Assembly (NCBI GenBank): GCA_944391405.1
Contig: CALXTN010000002.1
Span: 23,393-87,392 of the forward strand
Length of the DNA: 64,000 bases
Direction of reading: 5' to 3'
Source: an uncultured Alphaproteobacteria bacterium
Lineage (GTDB): Bacteria; Pseudomonadota; Alphaproteobacteria; RF32; CAG-239
Part shown: piece after piece, positions 28,113 through 38,040 of the stretch
Position numbering within the stretch: the first letter of the stretch is position 1
Layout of the letters: the number at the start of each line of letters is the position of its first letter
Program-made: the position numbers and the translations under genes
Notes under the pieces: model-generated
The model's database searches: none
What the model was told of the DNA's origin: nothing
What the model saw: only the letters and a program-made list of their open reading frames with translations

Positions 28113-29501
28113 ATGTTAAGAAGAACAAAAATTGTAGATTTATTGAAATCAGAAACAACACAACCGGAAGTTTTGGCTAAAGGTTGGGTAAGAACCAGAA
28201 GGGATGCTAAAGACTTTTCATTTATAGAAATAAACGATGGTTCATGTTTAAAGAATTTGCAAATTATCGCTCATAATAATCTCCCCAATTATAATGAAGT
28301 TAAAAATCTTTCAACAGGTTCATCCGTAGCGATTACCGGAGCCTTGGTAGAGTCGCAAGGAGGTAACCAAAAATACGAAGTTATTGCCGATAAAATCGAA
28401 ATATATAGTGTGGCACCGGAAGATTTTCCTTTGCAAAAGAAGAAACACTCAGATGAATACTTGCGCACAATAGCGCACTTGAGAGCTCGTACCAATAAAT
28501 ATGGAGCGGCATTTAGAGTTCGTTCAGCATTGTCCTATGCAATTCACAAATTTTTCCAAGAACGTGGATTTAAGTATGTTCATACGCCGATTATCACTGG
28601 TTCAGACTGTGAGGGCGCTGGTGAGATGTTTCAGGTTACAACCTTGGATATGAAAAATCCGCCACGTTTACCAAATGGAGAAATAGATTATAGTCAAGAC
28701 TTTTTCGGTAAACCGGCGCATTTGACGGTATCCGGACAATTAAATGGCGAGATGTATGCATGTGCGCTAGGTGATATTTACACGTTTGGTCCGACATTCA
28801 GAGCCGAAAATTCAAATACGGCACGTCATGCAGCAGAGTTCTGGATGATAGAACCGGAAATGGCATTTGCAGATATTTATGATGATATGGATTTAGCTGA
28901 AGATATGGTTCGTTATTGTGTAACAGAAGTTATGGAAAAATGCCATGATGATATTGAGCTATTTTCAAAATTTGTGGATCCGACATTGATGGATACTTTG
29001 AACACAATCAAAAACAATAGTTTTGCCCGCATCACATATACCGAAGCAATTGAGATTATGAAAAAGTCTGGAAAGAAGTTTGAGTATGAGCCTGAATATG
29101 GTATTGACATGCAAACAGAGCATGAACGCTTTTTGGCAGAAGAACACTTCAAGCGTCCGGTAATTGTTCGTGATTATCCAAAAGAAATCAAAGCATTCTA
29201 TATGCGTATGAATGATGATAACAAAACGGTAGCCGCTATGGATGTTTTGGTTCCGAGAATTGGAGAATTAATCGGTGGTTCACAAAGAGAGGAAAGATAC
29301 GAATTGTTGAAAAAACGTATTGAAGAATTAGGTATGCGTGAAGAAGATTATGGTTGGTACCTCGATTCTCGTAAATATGGGTCTGTTCCTCACGCAGGAT
29401 TTGGATTAGGGTTTGAACGTATGATGATGTTATTAACGGGTATAGCCAATATTCGTGACGTTATTCCGTTTCCAAGAACCCCGAAGTCTTTAAACTTTTA
29501 G
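28113..29501 (+). CDS. asnS: Asparagine--tRNA ligase
   Basis: 462-aa class IIb aaRS. N-terminal OB fold, then [21 protein letters not shown] and GFGLGFERM motifs. Confidence 0.93.
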   Translation: MLRRTKIVDLLKSETTQPEVLAKGWVRTRRDAKDFSFIEINDGSCLKNLQIIAHNNLPNYNEVKNLSTGSSVAITGALVESQGGNQKYEVIADKIEIYSVAPEDFPLQKKKHSDEYLRTIAHLRARTNKYGAAFRVRSALSYAIHKFFQERGFKYVHTPIITGSDCEGAGEMFQVTTLDMKNPPRLPNGEIDYSQDFFGKPAHLTVSGQLNGEMYACALGDIYTFGPTFRAENSNTARHAAEFWMIEPEMAFADIYDDMDLAEDMVRYCVTEVMEKCHDDIELFSKFVDPTLMDTLNTIKNNSFARITYTEAIEIMKKSGKKFEYEPEYGIDMQTEHERFLAEEHFKRPVIVRDYPKEIKAFYMRMNDDNKTVAAMDVLVPRIGELIGGSQREERYELLKKRIEELGMREEDYGWYLDSRKYGSVPHAGFGLGFERMMMLLTGIANIRDVIPFPRTPKSLNF

Positions 29502-29510
29502 GAGAAACAT

Positions 29511-30017
29511 ATGAGAAATAAACTCTTTAGACTGATAGCAATTGCATGCTTATTTGTGCCATACGTAAATGCTGAAGAGACAGAAATTACAGCACAAGAC
29601 GTCATCGTCCATCAGGTAGAAAAGCAAATAATTCCGATGCCGACATGTCAAGATGAAAAGTTGATGTCAGCGACTAAAGAGTTTATTTCTGAATTCTATA
29701 AAGATAATACGAATAAAAATGTAAAAGAGCGTCGCCATCGTTATTTTTTGATACACAATCTGGATAAATTTTCTAAAGAAAACATAGCAAACTACAAAAC
29801 GGAAGCCACAAAGCCGGTATCAGATATTATTGCGGACCGTAAGATAAATAAAAGTATCATAGAAGAAAATATGCTATTATGCAAAAATCAAAGTGAGAAT
29901 GAAGAAGCGGGAAAGTTATTTCTCTTGATATATCCAGAGGCGGACAGCTATCGTGTTGAAACAATAAATTTGGAATTAAAACCTTCAGGAAAAGATACAT
30001 CCTTTTTGTATAAATAA
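29511..30017 (+). CDS. Hypothetical secreted protein
   Basis: 168 aa. Signal peptide LIAIACLFVPYVNA|EE. No recognised domain. Confidence 0.5.
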   Translation: MRNKLFRLIAIACLFVPYVNAEETEITAQDVIVHQVEKQIIPMPTCQDEKLMSATKEFISEFYKDNTNKNVKERRHRYFLIHNLDKFSKENIANYKTEATKPVSDIIADRKINKSIIEENMLLCKNQSENEEAGKLFLLIYPEADSYRVETINLELKPSGKDTSFLYK

Positions 30018-30086
30018 AAGACTTGCGAAATCAAAAAAGGATACCTAAATAAACAAAACCTAAGGAAAGGTCTGTAAGGAATAGGT

Positions 30087-30983
30087 ATGAGTGAACATAA
30101 AAATTTAGTTATTGTAAATCCAAAACCTCAACTACCCATGGTGGTTGAGGAAAATGGGTTATATACCTATTTAGAACAGATTAAGCGTTTTCCGGTTTTA
30201 AGCGAAAGTGAAGAAAAACAATTAATTGAAGATTTCCAAAACAAAGGTGATTTGTTAGCAGCTCAGAAGTTGATTACGTCGCATTTACGTCTAGCCGCCA
30301 AAATTGCTTTAACATATCGCCGTTACGGTTTGCCAATGTCAGATGTTATATCCGAGGCAAATATAGGTTTAATGCAAGCTGTTAAAAAATTTGATACAGA
30401 TAAGAAAGTTCGTTTGGCAACATATGCAATTTGGTGGATAAAGGCTGCAATTAACGACTACATTTTACGCTCATGGTCTCTGGTTAAAATAGGTACGGTA
30501 GCTGCGCAAAAGAAGTTATTTTATAATTTAAGTCGTATTAAAGCCCGTTTGGGAATATATGAAAATAAAGAGTTAGAGCCGAAGGTAGTTAAAGCCATAG
30601 CTAAAGAATTGGTGGTTGATGAAAGAGATGTAACGGAGATGAATCGCCGTATCGGTGGTGACAGTTCATTAAACGTCAATGTAGGCGATGATGAGGACGG
30701 CCGTGAAAAAATCGACATGGTTATTGACGGCCGTGAAAATATAGAGGGAAAATTAGCCGCTCGCCAGGAACAAGCATACAAGGCGAAGATATTAGCGCAA
30801 TGTTTACAGAAATTGGATGAACGTGAACAATATATTATAAAAAACAGAATGTTAACAGAAAATCCTATAACTTTGGATGATATCGGAGCTCACTTTAACA
30901 TCAGTCGAGAGCGTGTTCGTCAAATTGAGAAAAAGGCATTCGATAAGTTATCTGCAGAAGTCAAAAAGGCTATGGCAGCATAA
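30087..30983 (+). CDS. rpoH: RNA polymerase sigma-32 (heat-shock sigma factor)
   Basis: 298 aa. Sigma-70 regions 2-4 and an RpoH box-like QKKLFYNLSRIK. Confidence 0.9.
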   Translation: MSEHKNLVIVNPKPQLPMVVEENGLYTYLEQIKRFPVLSESEEKQLIEDFQNKGDLLAAQKLITSHLRLAAKIALTYRRYGLPMSDVISEANIGLMQAVKKFDTDKKVRLATYAIWWIKAAINDYILRSWSLVKIGTVAAQKKLFYNLSRIKARLGIYENKELEPKVVKAIAKELVVDERDVTEMNRRIGGDSSLNVNVGDDEDGREKIDMVIDGRENIEGKLAARQEQAYKAKILAQCLQKLDEREQYIIKNRMLTENPITLDDIGAHFNISRERVRQIEKKAFDKLSAEVKKAMAA

Positions 30984-30984
30984 A

Positions 30985-31815
30985 ATGTTTGAACAAGACA
31001 GTCAAAATAATTTCCGAGAAGAATTAATTGTTGCTTTAGTCAAAGCAGGAATCAGTTCTCCACGATTAGAAACGGATATTATCTTAAAATACACGGCCCC
31101 TTTATATCCGAAGATAACAGAAGAAGAGCAAGAAAAAGCTTTGACGATGTTGCGAAGACGATTAAATCATGAACCATTAGATAAAATAGTTGGGGAACGA
31201 GAATTCTACAAATTTGTTTTTAAGGTTAATCAAGATGTTTTGACACCACGTCCGGATACAGAAATTTTAGTGGAGGAGGCAATTCATCTGCTAAAAGATA
31301 ATCATAAAAGAATTATTTTAGATTTAGGCACAGGTAGCGGCTGTATTTTGCTATCAATATTAAAAGAATATCCTGAAGCTTGTGGAATAGGGGTAGATAT
31401 ATCAGAGAAAGCGTTAAAAGTAGCTAAAGAAAATGCCCAAAGACTAGGCGTTGAAGATCGTTGCACATTTCAAAATTGTTCGTGGCAACAGTTGGAAATT
31501 GCAAAAGAAAGTATAGATATGATTGTAACTAATCCTCCTTATATAGAAAGTAGTGAGATTGCAAATTTAGATGAAGAAGTAAAAGACTATGATCCTCAAA
31601 TTGCTTTAGATGGAGGCAAAGATGGATACAAATGCTATAAAGAAATAGCAAAGCTTGCCCCCTCTATGTTAAAAAAAGAAGGATATATTCTAATAGAGGC
31701 GGGGATAGGACAAGCCAAAAAAATCAGAGAAATATTTGAAAAAGAAGGATTAGTTTTATATAAAATAGTAAAAGATTTAGGAGGAATAAACAGGTGTGTG
31801 ATATTAAAAAAATAA
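30985..31815 (+). CDS. prmC: Release-factor glutamine N5-methyltransferase
   Basis: LDLGTGSGCI motif I and the NPPY catalytic motif (IVTNPPYI). Start taken at the ATG 1 nt after the rpoH stop. Confidence 0.85.
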   Translation: MFEQDSQNNFREELIVALVKAGISSPRLETDIILKYTAPLYPKITEEEQEKALTMLRRRLNHEPLDKIVGEREFYKFVFKVNQDVLTPRPDTEILVEEAIHLLKDNHKRIILDLGTGSGCILLSILKEYPEACGIGVDISEKALKVAKENAQRLGVEDRCTFQNCSWQQLEIAKESIDMIVTNPPYIESSEIANLDEEVKDYDPQIALDGGKDGYKCYKEIAKLAPSMLKKEGYILIEAGIGQAKKIREIFEKEGLVLYKIVKDLGGINRCVILKK

Positions 31816-31816
31816 G

Positions 31817-31845
31817 TTGCAAAAAAAAAATTTAACTTATAGTAT
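31817..31845 (+). promoter_or_regulatory. Candidate sigma-70 promoter for the DUF4167 operon
   Basis: TTGCAA, 17-nt spacer, TAGTAT. Confidence 0.3.
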
Positions 31846-31957
31846 CAATCACTGTAAAGACGATATGCGATTTTTGAAGTGGGGCATATCAAGAAGTTTC
31901 CTTTTTTTAATAATTAATTTTAAAGAGCAAAGTGCTCTGTAATGAATGTAGGAATAT

Positions 31958-32521
31958 ATGAAAAAGCAAAATAATAGATTTCGTAATAACAGCGGTAGCA
32001 ATAATGGCTATACGTTGAACTATAAATTTGATAGTGTGAGTATAGCAGGCAAGATAAGCGGAACAGCACTAGATTTAATCAGAAAGTATAATGATTTGGC
32101 AAAAGAAGCCCAGGGTAGTGGAAATTATGTAGATATGGAAATATATCGTCAGTATGCTGAACATTATCGTAAGATTGTAACGGAGATAAATGAGCGTCGA
32201 CAATCCAGACAAGAACAGCAAAATCGTCCAGAAGAGAATGCTGAGAATGTTGAGAATGGAAATGAGGGTAATACTTCTGCCGAAGAGGATGTTGAGAATA
32301 AGGAAACTCAAACACCAATAGAACCTATTCCTGAAGCTAACGGGTATGTTGAAACATTACCGGCGGTCGAAAAGCCAATGGCAAAAAATTTCAAAGTTGT
32401 TGAAATTACGGAAGAAACAAAGCCTGAAGAAGAAGTAAAACCTAAGAGAGTAACGAGAAAAAGGACTAGTACACCTCGAAAAACTAAAAAAGAGGAAGAA
32501 AAGATAGCAGAAGCACTGTAA
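31958..32521 (+). CDS. DUF4167 domain protein
   Basis: 187 aa. Conserved N-terminal ~80 aa (YEKYLxLA-like segment KYNDLAKEAQGSGNYVDMEIYRQYAEHY), then a low-complexity E/K/N-rich tail. Confidence 0.65.
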   Translation: MKKQNNRFRNNSGSNNGYTLNYKFDSVSIAGKISGTALDLIRKYNDLAKEAQGSGNYVDMEIYRQYAEHYRKIVTEINERRQSRQEQQNRPEENAENVENGNEGNTSAEEDVENKETQTPIEPIPEANGYVETLPAVEKPMAKNFKVVEITEETKPEEEVKPKRVTRKRTSTPRKTKKEEEKIAEAL

Positions 32522-32527
32522 TAATAC

Positions 32528-33757
32528 ATGATGAAAAGAGGGAGAAAACTTATGCCGGTAGAAATAGCTTTTTTAGTGGTGGCCGTAGCAGCAATTGCTA
32601 TTACGTACAAGACATATGTTGGGTATGGAGACTATCGTTGGTATACCAAATTAGGATGCTTTTTGTTTGTTACATGTGGGTGGTTTGCTCCACTTATCGG
32701 ATTTGCTGTTCACCGCACAAGTATAGAAGATAGTTTTGTGCATATAACAAAGATACTATATTTTTGGTTTGGATTTGTCTTTTTCTTATTCGCAATAACT
32801 GTAATACGAGATATGTTTTGGGCATTGATTGATTTTATCAGAAGAGTTCCTGTATCAGATTTAAAGAATACTGCATTACTGAACAAAATTAATATTGGGA
32901 CGATAATTTTTTGCTTAATGTTTTGCCTATATGGATTATATGAAGCAGAAAAAATGCCTGCGATAAAAACATATGATATAAGTTCTCCAAAAATAAAAGA
33001 AGCAACTAAAGTGGTAATGTTATCGGATTTGCATATAGATGCAGACACATCGCCAAAAACTATTAAAAAAGTAGTAGAAGAGGTAAACTCTCTAAAACCA
33101 GATGCAGTTGTTTTGGTAGGAGATATTATTGATAATACTCCCGGAAAGTTATTTGCGCAGATGCAAGAATTGCGTCAATTATCACCTAAAGGACAAATAT
33201 ATATAGTTTTGGGGAATCATGAATTTTACTCAGGAGCGATGCAATGGGCGATAGGATTTGCACAGTTAGGATTTAACTTTTTAAATAATTATGGGACAAA
33301 ATTAGGTGATACAGGGATTTATATTGCGGGAATACCAGATATAAGAGCTTCGGAGTGGGCAAAAATGAAAGTAAATGTAAAAAATGCTTTAGCCCAAGCA
33401 GAGAAAGACGATTATGTAATATTACTATCGCACACACCGCAAATAGCAGATGGTGTAACAAAGGATAACGTTGATTTACAATTATCCGGGCACACACATG
33501 GCGGACAAATCTACCCGTTTCACTATTTCGCCGAACGTGCGAATGGTGGCGTTCTTGCGGGATTTTATAACCAAAATGGTGTAGAAATGTATGTATCAAG
33601 AGGAACCAGATATTGGGGACCTCCAATAAGAATTTTTGCCCCATCTGAGATTACAGTGTTTAATTTTTCGCCAAGCAAAGAGGTGCATAAAGACGAGACA
33701 AAACCAGAAACCACAAGCGAAGATGAAATAGTAAAAGAAGAAAAGCAAGATGAATAA
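32528..33757 (+). CDS. Membrane-anchored metallophosphoesterase (calcineurin-like)
   Basis: 409 aa. About 4 N-terminal TM helices, then SDLHID, VGDIIDN, GNHEF and GHTHGGQ motifs. Confidence 0.8.
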   Translation: MMKRGRKLMPVEIAFLVVAVAAIAITYKTYVGYGDYRWYTKLGCFLFVTCGWFAPLIGFAVHRTSIEDSFVHITKILYFWFGFVFFLFAITVIRDMFWALIDFIRRVPVSDLKNTALLNKINIGTIIFCLMFCLYGLYEAEKMPAIKTYDISSPKIKEATKVVMLSDLHIDADTSPKTIKKVVEEVNSLKPDAVVLVGDIIDNTPGKLFAQMQELRQLSPKGQIYIVLGNHEFYSGAMQWAIGFAQLGFNFLNNYGTKLGDTGIYIAGIPDIRASEWAKMKVNVKNALAQAEKDDYVILLSHTPQIADGVTKDNVDLQLSGHTHGGQIYPFHYFAERANGGVLAGFYNQNGVEMYVSRGTRYWGPPIRIFAPSEITVFNFSPSKEVHKDETKPETTSEDEIVKEEKQDE

Positions 33758-34190
33758 TCTGATAGCAGAAGCATACGCAATCGCCCAAAACGAAAGCGTT
33801 GCCACCAAACCCGACGGCGCTGTTGTTTATAGCGTCAGCTTTATGCCAAATTCAAAAAATAAAGATGATGCAAAAAGATTTATTAGAGAACATCAAGATG
33901 CTCAAATGCTGGATGACACTCCTTGCGGTCAAGCTCTAATCGGATTAGGGCTTGATGGGCGAGTGGATGAAGTTGGGGAAGAAATAACCAAGGTTTGGAA
34001 AATTGCTTCATCAAGATATATTAAAGAAGCAAGCGGTAATATTAATGCCTTTGTTGAAGGAGCAGATAAGCGTAGCACGTTTTGTTCAACAGAACTGCAA
34101 GAGATAATGGAAAATCCAAATATTACCACAATCAATGGAATAGATAAAAAGGTGTTTTTCCAAAATTTCCACCCCAAGTTTTATAAATAA
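33750..34190 (+). CDS. Hypothetical protein, translationally coupled to the phosphoesterase gene
   Basis: 146-aa ORF. ATGAATAA start/stop overlap of 8 nt with the upstream gene. No recognised domain. Confidence 0.5.
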   Translation: MNNLIAEAYAIAQNESVATKPDGAVVYSVSFMPNSKNKDDAKRFIREHQDAQMLDDTPCGQALIGLGLDGRVDEVGEEITKVWKIASSRYIKEASGNINAFVEGADKRSTFCSTELQEIMENPNITTINGIDKKVFFQNFHPKFYK

Positions 34191-34259
34191 AAGCCTTAAT
34201 TTAAACTCTTGCTAGATAGATAAATTAAGCCGCATCCACAATACAGCTCTATCGGCTTT

Positions 34260-34694
34260 ATGGTGCAACCATTTGTTCCGGCATACGGCGAAAAGTCGGA
34301 TTTTGATGCGCACTTTGAAGCAGCTGTTGCTGTAGCAGAAATTGTGCTTGATCGTTGCATAAAGACCGTGGAAGGTCAGTTGCAAAGTGTAGCCGCTTTT
34401 CCATCAACGGAGGAGGAAAGCCTAAACGATGGTAAGGTGGTTGTGTTAAAGCATTGGTTGCCAATTACACACTCGCTACATCCAGAGTTGGCTTTTACCA
34501 TTGTACCTGTCCCTGCAGGATATTCCATTGTTGGGATAAACGGACATCTGCTGAAGCAAGAGGTCTGGGGACTGAATGGTGAACAGATTAAGCAGGTCTG
34601 CGGTTATGATGGTGTGTTTGTGCACAAAGGTGGTTTCACGGCAACGATGAAGACACTGGAAGGTGCAAAGACGCTCTGTTTGCAGAGTCTCTAA
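34260..34694 (+). CDS. Hypothetical orphan protein with atypical codon usage
   Basis: 144-aa ORF with a protein-like sequence. Enriched in CTG/CAG/GTG/AAG codons relative to its neighbours. No obvious SD. Confidence 0.4.
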   Translation: MVQPFVPAYGEKSDFDAHFEAAVAVAEIVLDRCIKTVEGQLQSVAAFPSTEEESLNDGKVVVLKHWLPITHSLHPELAFTIVPVPAGYSIVGINGHLLKQEVWGLNGEQIKQVCGYDGVFVHKGGFTATMKTLEGAKTLCLQSL

Positions 34695-34697
34695 AAC

Positions 34698-34739
34698 AAA
34701 GCCTCGTTAGTGAAATACTAGCGTGGCTTTGCCGTTTTT
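34698..34739. terminator. Bidirectional terminator shared with prfC
   Basis: 14-position stem with 13 pairs (AAAGCCTCGTTAGT / ACTAGCGTGGCTTT) and loop GAAAT. T-runs on both strands. Confidence 0.7.
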
Positions 34740-34758
34740 AAATGGTTAGAAGAATAAA

Positions 34759-36348
34759 TTAAAAAACTTGTTCACGCGTTGTTTTTAGTTCAACTTTCGG
34801 AAAATCTTCTTTAGCTTTATTAAGGTGCCAAGCATTACGCGCTAAGAAGACGGTTTCCCCATCATGATCTTGTGCGATATTGGCTTGGTTAGCATCAATA
34901 AATTTAGCCAATGCATTTTTATCAGAAGAGGAAATCCAGCGAGCCGTATAGTATTGTGTCGGCTCAAAGACGACCGGAATATTAAATTCGGTGCGAATAC
35001 GGTCGGCCATAACTTCAAATTGCAAAACACCGACCACCCCGACAATCCATTCCGAACCGATAACCGGTTTGAAGACGCTTGCTCCGCCTTCTTCGGCAAT
35101 TTGTTGCAGTGCATTACCCAAATGTTTGGATTTAAGCGGGTCAAGTGCACGCACGGATTTAAGCAATTCTGGAGCAAAACTGGGAATGCCGGTAAAGTGT
35201 AATTTCTCGCTTTCTGTTAATGTATCACCGATACGCAGTTGTCCGTGGTTAGGAATACCGATAATGTCTCCAGCGTATGCATCTTCAGCTAACTCGCGCT
35301 CTTGAGCGAGAAACATAACCGGAGTTGGAATTTTAATCGGTTTGCCGGTACGAATTTGTGAAAGTGTCATACCACGTTTGAAGTGACCGGAGCAAATACG
35401 CATAAAAGCAATTCTATCACGATGTTTCGGATCCATGTTTGCCTGAATTTTGAAAATAAAACCGGTAACTTTTTTCTCATCGGCAGAAACTTCACGTTCT
35501 GCTGTCGGTTGAGGTCTTGGGGTAGGAGCAAGAGTATGCAAACCTTCCAGCACTTCTTTAACGCCAAAGTTATTAATAGCACTACCAAAAAATACAGGAG
35601 TAAGTGCACCGGCGAGATAAAGTTCAAGGTCAAATTGTGGGCAAAGTTCTTTAACCATCAAAACATCCTCACGCAATTTAGTAACAGCATGAGCAGGAAG
35701 TAACTCGTCTAATTTCGGATCATCAAGTCCTTTACAAGTTTCAATAACCGAGTTGATTTGTCCCTTATTTCCTGTTTTATTCATTAAAATAAGTTGGTCG
35801 TTAAGTAAGTCATAACAACCGAGAAAATCTTTACCACTTCCAATCGGCCAGCTTGCCGGACAAACATCAAGAGCCAAAGTTTTTTCGATATCATCAAGAA
35901 GTACAAACGGATCAAGACCTTCTCTATCCATTTTATTGATAAAGGTGAGGATAGGGATGTTTCTCAGACGACAAACTTCAAACAATTTTTTAGTCTGAGT
36001 TTCAATACCTTTAGCGGAGTCAATAACCATCACAGCGGAATCAACGGCGGTAAGCACGCGATATGTATCTTCCGAAAAGTCTTCGTGTCCCGGAGTATCA
36101 AGAAGATTAAAAGTAATATCTTTGTATTCAAAAGTCATCACGGAAGAAGCGACAGAAATACCACGTTCCTGTTCCACTTTCATCCAGTCAGAGTGAGCGC
36201 GTCTGTTTTCTCCGCGAGCTTTAACGGCACCGGCTTGTTGAATAGCACCACCAAACAACAGGAGTTTTTCTGTCAAAGTGGTTTTACCGGCGTCAGGGTG
36301 CGAAATAATCGCAAAAGTTTTTCTTTTATTCACAATATTTTCAGGCAT
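34759..36348 (-). CDS. prfC: Peptide chain release factor 3
   Basis: GTPase G1 AIISHPDAGKTT, DTPGHEDF and NKMD. 529 aa from the ATG; the ORF-track TTG start has no SD. Confidence 0.92.
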   Translation of the reverse strand: MPENIVNKRKTFAIISHPDAGKTTLTEKLLLFGGAIQQAGAVKARGENRRAHSDWMKVEQERGISVASSVMTFEYKDITFNLLDTPGHEDFSEDTYRVLTAVDSAVMVIDSAKGIETQTKKLFEVCRLRNIPILTFINKMDREGLDPFVLLDDIEKTLALDVCPASWPIGSGKDFLGCYDLLNDQLILMNKTGNKGQINSVIETCKGLDDPKLDELLPAHAVTKLREDVLMVKELCPQFDLELYLAGALTPVFFGSAINNFGVKEVLEGLHTLAPTPRPQPTAEREVSADEKKVTGFIFKIQANMDPKHRDRIAFMRICSGHFKRGMTLSQIRTGKPIKIPTPVMFLAQERELAEDAYAGDIIGIPNHGQLRIGDTLTESEKLHFTGIPSFAPELLKSVRALDPLKSKHLGNALQQIAEEGGASVFKPVIGSEWIVGVVGVLQFEVMADRIRTEFNIPVVFEPTQYYTARWISSSDKNALAKFIDANQANIAQDHDGETVFLARNAWHLNKAKEDFPKVELKTTREQVF

Positions 36349-36474
36349 GATTTTTCTCAAAAAAAAGGATAATACATTAAAATTAAGCGCATAATAACAA
36401 ATAAAAAGGAATATGCAAGTACAAATTTCAAGAGAATGGTTAGCAATTTAAAAAGGAAAGCTCTAAAAAAGGAC

Positions 36475-36502
36475 TTGACTCTTGGGAAAAAATCCATAAT
36501 AT
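36475..36502 (+). promoter_or_regulatory. Candidate sigma-70 promoter upstream of ffh
   Basis: TTGACT, 16-nt spacer, TAATAT. Confidence 0.4.
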
Positions 36503-36538
36503 CTAAACAGATTTAAGTAAAAAATAACACTCTACGGA

Positions 36539-36583
36539 GTGCCGTCAGTCAGCGAGGGTTCGCACACTGGCGCAATTTTTTTT
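36539..36583 (+). promoter_or_regulatory. Terminator-like GC-rich hairpin plus T8 in the ffh leader
   Basis: Two-tier stem (CCGTCAGT/ACTGGCGG-like outer tier, GCGA GGGT TCGC inner tier), then AA and T8. It ends 34 nt before the ffh ATG. Confidence 0.4.
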
Positions 36584-36616
36584 ACTAATATAAGTGAAAA
36601 AAACAAAAGGAAACAA

Positions 36617-37999
36617 ATGTTTGACGCATTAACAACAAAGTTGAGTGACATATTCGGTCGTTTAGGCTCTCGCGGTGTTCTTAAGGAAAAGGATGTTGAA
36701 GAGGGGCTAAGAGAGATTCGCTTAGCTTTGTTAGAAGCAGATGTTTCCTTGAGTGTCGTTAAAGAGTTTATGGCCAGAGTAAAAGAAAAAGCTCTTGGTG
36801 AAAAAGTTATCAAGTCTATCCGCCCAGATCAACAACTCGTAAAAATCGTTTATGATGAGTTGATAGAATTATTGGGCGGCGATAGCACGGAATTAAATTT
36901 CAAAGCAGTTCCACCGGCAGTTATTTTGATGGTTGGTTTGCAAGGTTCTGGTAAAACTACAACCTCAGCAAAAATAGCTTTGAAATTAAAAAAGAATAAA
37001 CGCGTATTAATGGCATCCTTAGACGTTTATCGTCCTGCAGCGCAAGAACAACTTGCTCAGTTGGGTAAACAAATCAATATAGATGTATTGCCGATAGTTG
37101 CCGGAGAAATGCCATTAGAAATAACCAAACGCGCTATTGCTGCCGGTCAAAAAGGTGTTTATGATGTATTAATCTTAGATACGGCAGGTCGTCTACAAAT
37201 AGATGAAAAATTGATGGATGAGGTTGCTGCCGTTAAAAAGTTAGCCAATCCGACAGAAACATTGTTGGTTGCCGATTCTCTTATTGGGCAGGAAGCTTGC
37301 AATGTGGCTAAAGAGTTTAATGAGAAAGTCGGTATTACCGGACTGGTATTAACCAGAATAGATGGTTCATCTCGTGCTGGTGCAGCTTTATCAATGAAAA
37401 TGGTTTCCGGAGCGCCGTTAAAGTTTTTGGGAACCGGTGAAAAATTAGAAGATATAGAAGAATTTCATGCAGACAGACTTGCCGGAAGAATATTAGATAA
37501 AGGTGATGTAGTCAGTCTTGTAGAAAAAGCTGTAGAAAATCTGGATAAAGAAGAAACCGAAGCTATGGCTAAAAAGATGATGAAAGGTAAATTTGATTTG
37601 GAGGACATGCTCAATCAAATTCGCCAGATGAAAAAATTAGGCTCCGTATCCAATATTATGGGAATGCTTCCTGGATTAAGCAAATATAAAGAACAAATAG
37701 AAGCAGCAAATGCTGATGCGATGATGAAAAGACAAGAAGCAATAATCTTGTCGATGACCAAAGGCGAACGTCGCAATCCGGATATTATAAAAGCATCTCG
37801 TAAAAAAAGGATAGCAGCTGGAGCCGGTGTGGAAGTTCATGAAGTTAACAAGTTGCTTAAATCCTATGAGCAAATGTCAACCATGATGAAAAGAATGGGA
37901 AAGCTTGGGGGCATGAGTTCTCTTGCAACCCGTTTTATGAAAAACAATCCGTTCGGAGGAAATTCCTTTGGCGGGTTTAACAACAAATTTCCGTTTTAA
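36617..37999 (+). CDS. ffh: Signal recognition particle protein
   Basis: MFDALTTKLSDIFGRL N-terminus, GLQGSGKTTT, DTAGR, and a Met-rich M domain. Confidence 0.95.
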   Translation: MFDALTTKLSDIFGRLGSRGVLKEKDVEEGLREIRLALLEADVSLSVVKEFMARVKEKALGEKVIKSIRPDQQLVKIVYDELIELLGGDSTELNFKAVPPAVILMVGLQGSGKTTTSAKIALKLKKNKRVLMASLDVYRPAAQEQLAQLGKQINIDVLPIVAGEMPLEITKRAIAAGQKGVYDVLILDTAGRLQIDEKLMDEVAAVKKLANPTETLLVADSLIGQEACNVAKEFNEKVGITGLVLTRIDGSSRAGAALSMKMVSGAPLKFLGTGEKLEDIEEFHADRLAGRILDKGDVVSLVEKAVENLDKEETEAMAKKMMKGKFDLEDMLNQIRQMKKLGSVSNIMGMLPGLSKYKEQIEAANADAMMKRQEAIILSMTKGERRNPDIIKASRKKRIAAGAGVEVHEVNKLLKSYEQMSTMMKRMGKLGGMSSLATRFMKNNPFGGNSFGGFNNKFPF

Positions 38000-38040
38000 G
38001 CGGAAGAAACGAAACAAATAAATAACTGGAAAGGAAAAAA

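Noticed and set aside
32234-32269. A tandem 9-nt repeat GAGAATGNN x3-4 inside the DUF4167 gene.
   Set aside because: It is in frame and encodes ENAENVENGNEGN within a low-complexity acidic tail. This is ordinary coding-sequence slippage, not a regulatory or CRISPR-like repeat.
34195-34740. The GC-rich block as a structured RNA gene (RNase P RNA or tmRNA). It contains GGAGGAGGAAAGCC, which resembles the RNase P GAGGAAAGUCC box, and ACAGCTCTATCGGCTTT, which resembles the 3' ACAGAA.CCGGCUUA box.
   Set aside because: The two boxes are in the wrong order and spacing for RNase P, and the matches are imperfect. No T-arm (GTTCGAATC-type) or tag reading frame for tmRNA is present. The region carries a clean 144-codon ORF with a protein-like sequence.
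36539-36616. The ORF-track start of ffh at 36539 (26 extra N-terminal residues MPSVSEGSHTGAIFF...).
   Set aside because: The extension runs through the hairpin and T8 tract and has no SD. The canonical Ffh N-terminus MFDALT begins at 36617 after AAAGGAAA.
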